Below, piece after piece: positions 59,149 through 64,000 of a DNA stretch of 64,000 bases. The DNA is from Schizochytrium sp. TIO01 (taxonomy: Eukaryota; Protista; Bigyra: Labyrinthulomycetes). The stretch's first letter is position 1. Each line of letters opens with the position of its first letter. Below the pieces are notes generated by a model. That model was not told the origin of the DNA and made no database searches. It was given only the letters and a program-made list of their open reading frames with translations. Made by a program: the position numbers and the translations under genes. Where the stretch lies: the NCBI GenBank assembly GCA_004764695.1, contig SMSO01000034.1, positions 4,402,001 through 4,466,000 of the forward strand. The letters run 5' to 3'.

Positions 59149-61629
59149 GAACTTTTATGTAGCGACGTTGAGGATCGCCAAGGTGAACGAGGATTGGGTG
59201 ATCTGGTGATTTTGCCCAATGGTAACACAATGTGGAGCTGGTGAAGTACGCACGCTGCTCCTCTTTTCCTAGCTGCAATCAGAGACAAGCGACTAAAGCC
59301 AGCCGCTCACCCGCCCGCGAGCGGCAAAGAGGGTGTGCCTCCAGCTTAAGGCGTACTGTCCCAGGCTTGAGCGGCCGGAACGAAGTAGTTGCAGAGGTAG
59401 GTACTGCATTTCGAAGATCTAATAGTTGTGCACGCGCTGAGTTGACCTCTGCACTAATACCTACGTATAGCTAGCTACCTATTAGTAGACTTTTATGATT
59501 CGTTCGCAAAGAAGGAACAAAAGGAGACGAGCGTGCACTGTGCTTTATTCTCCTCCTTGCGTGCAGGATGCTTGGAAAGAGCTGCAGGGCTTATGCTTTG
59601 ATTTGTCGTTTTCTTTCAGGGTGAATTGTAACAGCTTTGGTTAGAATATGATGAAAGTACATTTTAGGTAGGCCTGAGGATATTGGTAGAAACCTTTTTG
59701 CGGCTGCGTAATGAATAGTAGTACTGGAACGAATCGGAGTCTTGACTACGGAAGTCGTGCGAGACCAGTTTGCAGAACGTCGGATGCGTGCAGATGTAAC
59801 GAAACTGAATATAGAGCAGAGGCATTGAGACACAGGAGGCCGTAAGCAACGAGATTATAAACAACCCGACTTGATCGGCGACTACAAGTTTCATGATCTT
59901 GCTATGCCACAAGTCTTCAAATCTCATTTCCAAATAATACAAACAATTAGGAGTGCTAGAGTGGAAACCGGTAGGTTTGCAGAATATTGAAACAGCTTCG
60001 ACCCAATTGAAACATGTGTTGTTTTCTTCTAGGTTCATTCAAATCAGATCAAAGCTGGTCGGGCCTTACATTTTATACTACCTATTCTAATATTTTAACT
60101 AAAAGTATTGGAAAATTGTAGAACGATGTTCATCAATACGAGGAGGGTGTATAGCTCTTTGAGCTCACATTCTGTTGTGCAAAAGTAATTTTGCTCTACA
60201 ATTGGTACATTTAGCCCATGCAGGCAACCCAACACAGCACTGCTTCATGTTTGCATCTATACTCATATAGATATGTTTCAGAAATGGTACGTATGTGACA
60301 ATATTTGGAGTGCTCACTACTTAAGTTCTTTTAAGACATAGTTGCGCCTCTAAAAAGGCAAGTGGTCCATAAACTTGGACACTCTACTAGATGATCATCC
60401 AGCTTTGAACAGATACCTGGAGTGGGTTGTTGCAGATACACAAATCAGCACAACTCACTGGTGAAAGTACTTTGTTTACAAGCGAAATGCTATGGGGCAT
60501 GTGGTTCCATTCCGATGTGATAACACCTGGAGTTCAAATCCTTCCTTTTATTGTTACAGCCTAAATAACTGCTCTTGAATCATTGAGCATGAGATTTAAT
60601 TGAAGCGTATTTACACCCGAAGTTCATAATTGTTTACTAAGATGTCCAATCTTGGAGAGATTCCATGGATAAGAACTTGCAAACGTTTAGCCTTTAAGGT
60701 TTTAATTGCGAGTATGCTTTGGTGGTCGCTTCCTCCATGCATAGTACTTTTTAGGTATGGGGGCAATAAGTCAGGATTAATTATGTTTGCGGGTCCAAGT
60801 TGTTTACGCATTGGAAAAAGTAGCTATGGACCTTTGAAGGGATTTTTATGGGTTATGCTCCTTTAGTTAAAATTAACCGAAACTAGTAGGCTATCGTTAT
60901 GGGTACACTATATGGTGAAAATGTTCTCGGTCTTGATCGCAATTTGAGTATACCAGTAGAGATGTTACCAGAAACGTCTTTAGATCCACTGTTTGGTAAG
61001 CAGGTGTCCATTTCGGTGGTCTTTGTTAGGGGCAAGCGAATTTCTAGAACTACAATGGAAGTCTGTTCGTCCCCTGATATATGAAGGTTACGTCTTGCTT
61101 CCACCTCTGACGTTAGTGATGCTGGATTGTCTGAAATTAAAACCTGACTAGAACCTATGTGGAATTCGAAGCCTGGAAACACCTTACTTTGCTCCTGTAT
61201 GTTTATTTAACTCAAGCAAAATCTTAAGCCACCAGTGTGATGCCAAAATAATCGCAGTCATATAGCACACTGATGTCTATACCCAAGGGCAAAGTCCGAC
61301 AACCCAGCGTGTACTCAATTCTGTAATTTAGAATGGGAAATTGGCAATCAAGCAACAACGAAAGGTAAATTTTTCCTCGAGCTAATGCATTGTAGCCTTG
61401 TGTTGTAAGGCATGTCTGATAGGCCAATCTATAGCATTAGCACTTTTGTGCTGCTCCTTATAATGTTATAATTTCAAGGTCTGGGCGTGTGCAGTGGCCA
61501 GGGTGGCATAACATAGATTGCTAGCAAGCTGGCTGGCTGGTCGGCTGGCTACCGCCAACCGCTTCAGAAGCACGCGGGTGCAGCTATATCTCGGATTAGT
61601 ATATACTAGATGGTTTACTTACACTTCCA

Positions 61630-62030
61630 CGAGACTAGTCTTCATGATGAAGTGATTGGAGGAAACAATGTCTCTTACTCGACAAGATCTCCACTCCGAG
61701 GGTTCCAACAATCAATCATCAGAGGACCCAATGCCAGCTGTCCTGTCCGCCAATATGTCGGGCTGCGTCATTCATAGACCTAAAAGAGCACCTCCCGCTG
61801 AAAGGCAAATGATTTAGATATGCGTAAATCGCTCCTCCGGTGCAGACATTCGTTGCTCCCCCTGATAGAATGATAAACGTGAAGTGTTTAACAATTAATT
61901 CCTACCCACTTGGCATATCGTGCTTTTGCAAGGCCATTTATGAATTGGCTCTGCCGACTCTTCACATTTTCTCCTATTTACAATGAGTTACGTCATCTCC
62001 TCATTGCAGTAGTAATAAACATTACCTCCC
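61630..62030 (-). pseudogene. Possible decayed Arb2/FAM172A-like (alpha/beta-hydrolase fold) fragment
   Basis: Stop-riddled frame SAPEERFTHI*IICLSAGGALLGL*MTQPDILADRTAGIGSSD..WRSCRVRDIVSSN, loosely collinear with 'PEEH..YVW..HSYGG..V.A.ALTDS..NWVSS'. Confidence 0.2.
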
Positions 62031-63520
62031 TACCTACCTGATGCAAGGACAGTCAGTATCAATGCAAGCAATGGATGACGGAAGTGGCGAAAGCGACGCG
62101 AAGCATTTCACGCGAGAAACCCGTCTTTTCATAGCCCCCCCCCCCCCCCTATAGCACATCTAGAGGCCGTTGACTCTCCAAAGAGTGGTCGGTTTGATCG
62201 CCACGAGTGGTCACGGTCTTCGATCATGCTGCAGCTAACAAGAACGTGACGATTGTGGACACGAATCACCCAAGTATTTATTCCCAAGTTCCTCCTGCAA
62301 GAACCTCCCGATCTCGCCACCACTCCTTGCGAATTCTTCTCCTTCTTCTCGATGCGGCCTGCTATGATCTTCAAGAGTCGAGCAGCCAGCTGTCAGGTAT
62401 CCTAGTTATCACCTGGCCTCTCGACTTCCATTGCCTCACTTATTATGTGTGTCATAAAGATCTTCTTATGCTGGTGCTGATCCCATTTTTATGTCCTATC
62501 CACATGACGCTAGAGGCGCTCCATATGGCGCAATCATCTCAAAGCCAGAAGAGCATTGATAACCAAGTTCCCGTCACTTGATCTAAAGCACAGTAGCAAC
62601 GGCTCGAGCTCAAGACAGTCCCCAACCAGTCGAGAAGGGTTTCATAGGCTGGCAACTCGACTGACGTTGAGTAGCAAGTTGATGATGCGAAAGATTTGGT
62701 CTGGAGCAGTAACCCATAAGCCTTCCATTGGAATGGAGGTAGGTCGCTTTTATTTCCTAAGAGTACCTACTATTCAAATATAAATAAATGAAAAACAGAG
62801 TAAAAGCGGACACAAACTGTGAACTAAGAATACCCGTTTTAACCATTTTGCAAAGACAACAGTCGAAGGTTGCCACCTGCCCAGCGTGTCACTCATGCCA
62901 ACTCTCTAACTTCTCAAGCCCTTTATCCGTCTTGAGCGTGGTCAACAGTTTGAGCGACATGACGAGAAATACACCAGTTTGTGGATGAAGTAGATATGTA
63001 TCAATTGTTTCATCTCTTTTTATCCCACTCCATTTTCTACCTCAAGCTATGTCCCATAGCATAAAACCTGCATCGGAAGAACAGAGAATGTCAGAGAAAC
63101 TCAACCATTGAAACGAGCCAACTTGAAACTTCGAGGGTTCTAAAGAAAGTTCGATTGTTCGAAGCAGACTGTCAAATACACCTCAAACACCAAGTCATTC
63201 TTGTTGTCTTTCAATCGATCACTAAAAAAGAGACGATCGCTAGTGAGTACCTAAGGGTAACCCTAGCAAAGAGCTGGGCTGGCGGCGCACCTCGAGATAC
63301 TGGCTGGTCTGCAAAGGCTTCGACTTAAGGTTGTCATGTATGTAATTCAACCTTTGCACATCAAAACGCCGCAGTTCTGACATGAGAACCTGACGAGCAA
63401 GCGAGCAATTAGTGTAAGGAAAGAGCAGAAGATAGAAGCTCCGCGAATGAGAATCGAGGGGCGGCAGAAGAAAAGAGGTGAAAATCAGAGGAAGAAACCC
63501 GGAAAAGAAAACAGTTTTTC

Positions 63521-63548
63521 TTTGTTTGTTTGTTTGTTTGTTTATTTA

Positions 63549-63582
<34 letters not shown>
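63521..63582. repeat. Compound microsatellite (TTTG)n-(TTTA)n-(TTGA)n
   Basis: Directly visible. Confidence 0.9.
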
Positions 63583-63583
<1 letters not shown>

Positions 63584-64000
63584 TTTTGCATAAATTGAAA
63601 GTTATGGTACCTTGTGAAAGAACTTCTTCCGCGCGGCGTGAACACTCTGGTAACCAAAACTCCTCGTTATCAGGTGCACCCTCCAAACGCGCCACAATGG
63701 AGCTCGAAGAGCTTGGGACAGAGCTTCTGCCAGCCGAGCGCAGTCTCCGTTCTAAAGTTCTTGAAACCCAAACTTTATTTCTCTTTACTCATAAAACAGC
63801 TTAATTAAAACAGCTTAATTAAAACTAAAAACCGATGATCATAAAACAAAAAATAAAACAAAAAAGTCTCTCCTTTCTCTTCCCAATTATTTTCGACTCG
63901 GGCAAAAACCCTCTGCATACTCCCGTATTTATATTTTAACTTTCTCCGTAACAATTTCCTCTCTGCTTATCAGCTTCACCGAAACTTCTTCACCTTTTTT

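Overview
Eukaryotic, intron-poor nuclear DNA. The gene style and microsatellite-rich spacers suggest a stramenopile protist such as a thraustochytrid; this is inference only. About 17 genes look functional. In order, they are UXT/prefoldin-alpha, MIP18/CIA2B, a signal-peptide-bearing ATP-grasp ligase, a GAF-HisKA-REC hybrid sensor with a degenerate ATPase domain, a 7TM protein, a catalytically dead calpain, UMP1/POMP, a TMEM223-like protein, two unknown low-complexity proteins, a PH-domain protein, four tandem SDR paralogues, an INPP4-type phosphatase and an App1-like HAD phosphatase with a ubiquitin-like insert. Three long genes are split by single-base frameshifts, probably assembly indels. 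Intergenic DNA holds decayed gene fragments and compound microsatellites. The most notable hidden feature, largely invisible in the ORF track, is a degenerate, internally deleted IS607-type TnpA + Fanzor/TnpB element at about 50.9-51.75 kb. It retains a candidate omegaRNA hairpin directly after the Fanzor stop codon. No tRNA, rRNA or CRISPR array was seen. All family calls come from motif recognition by eye, without database searches.
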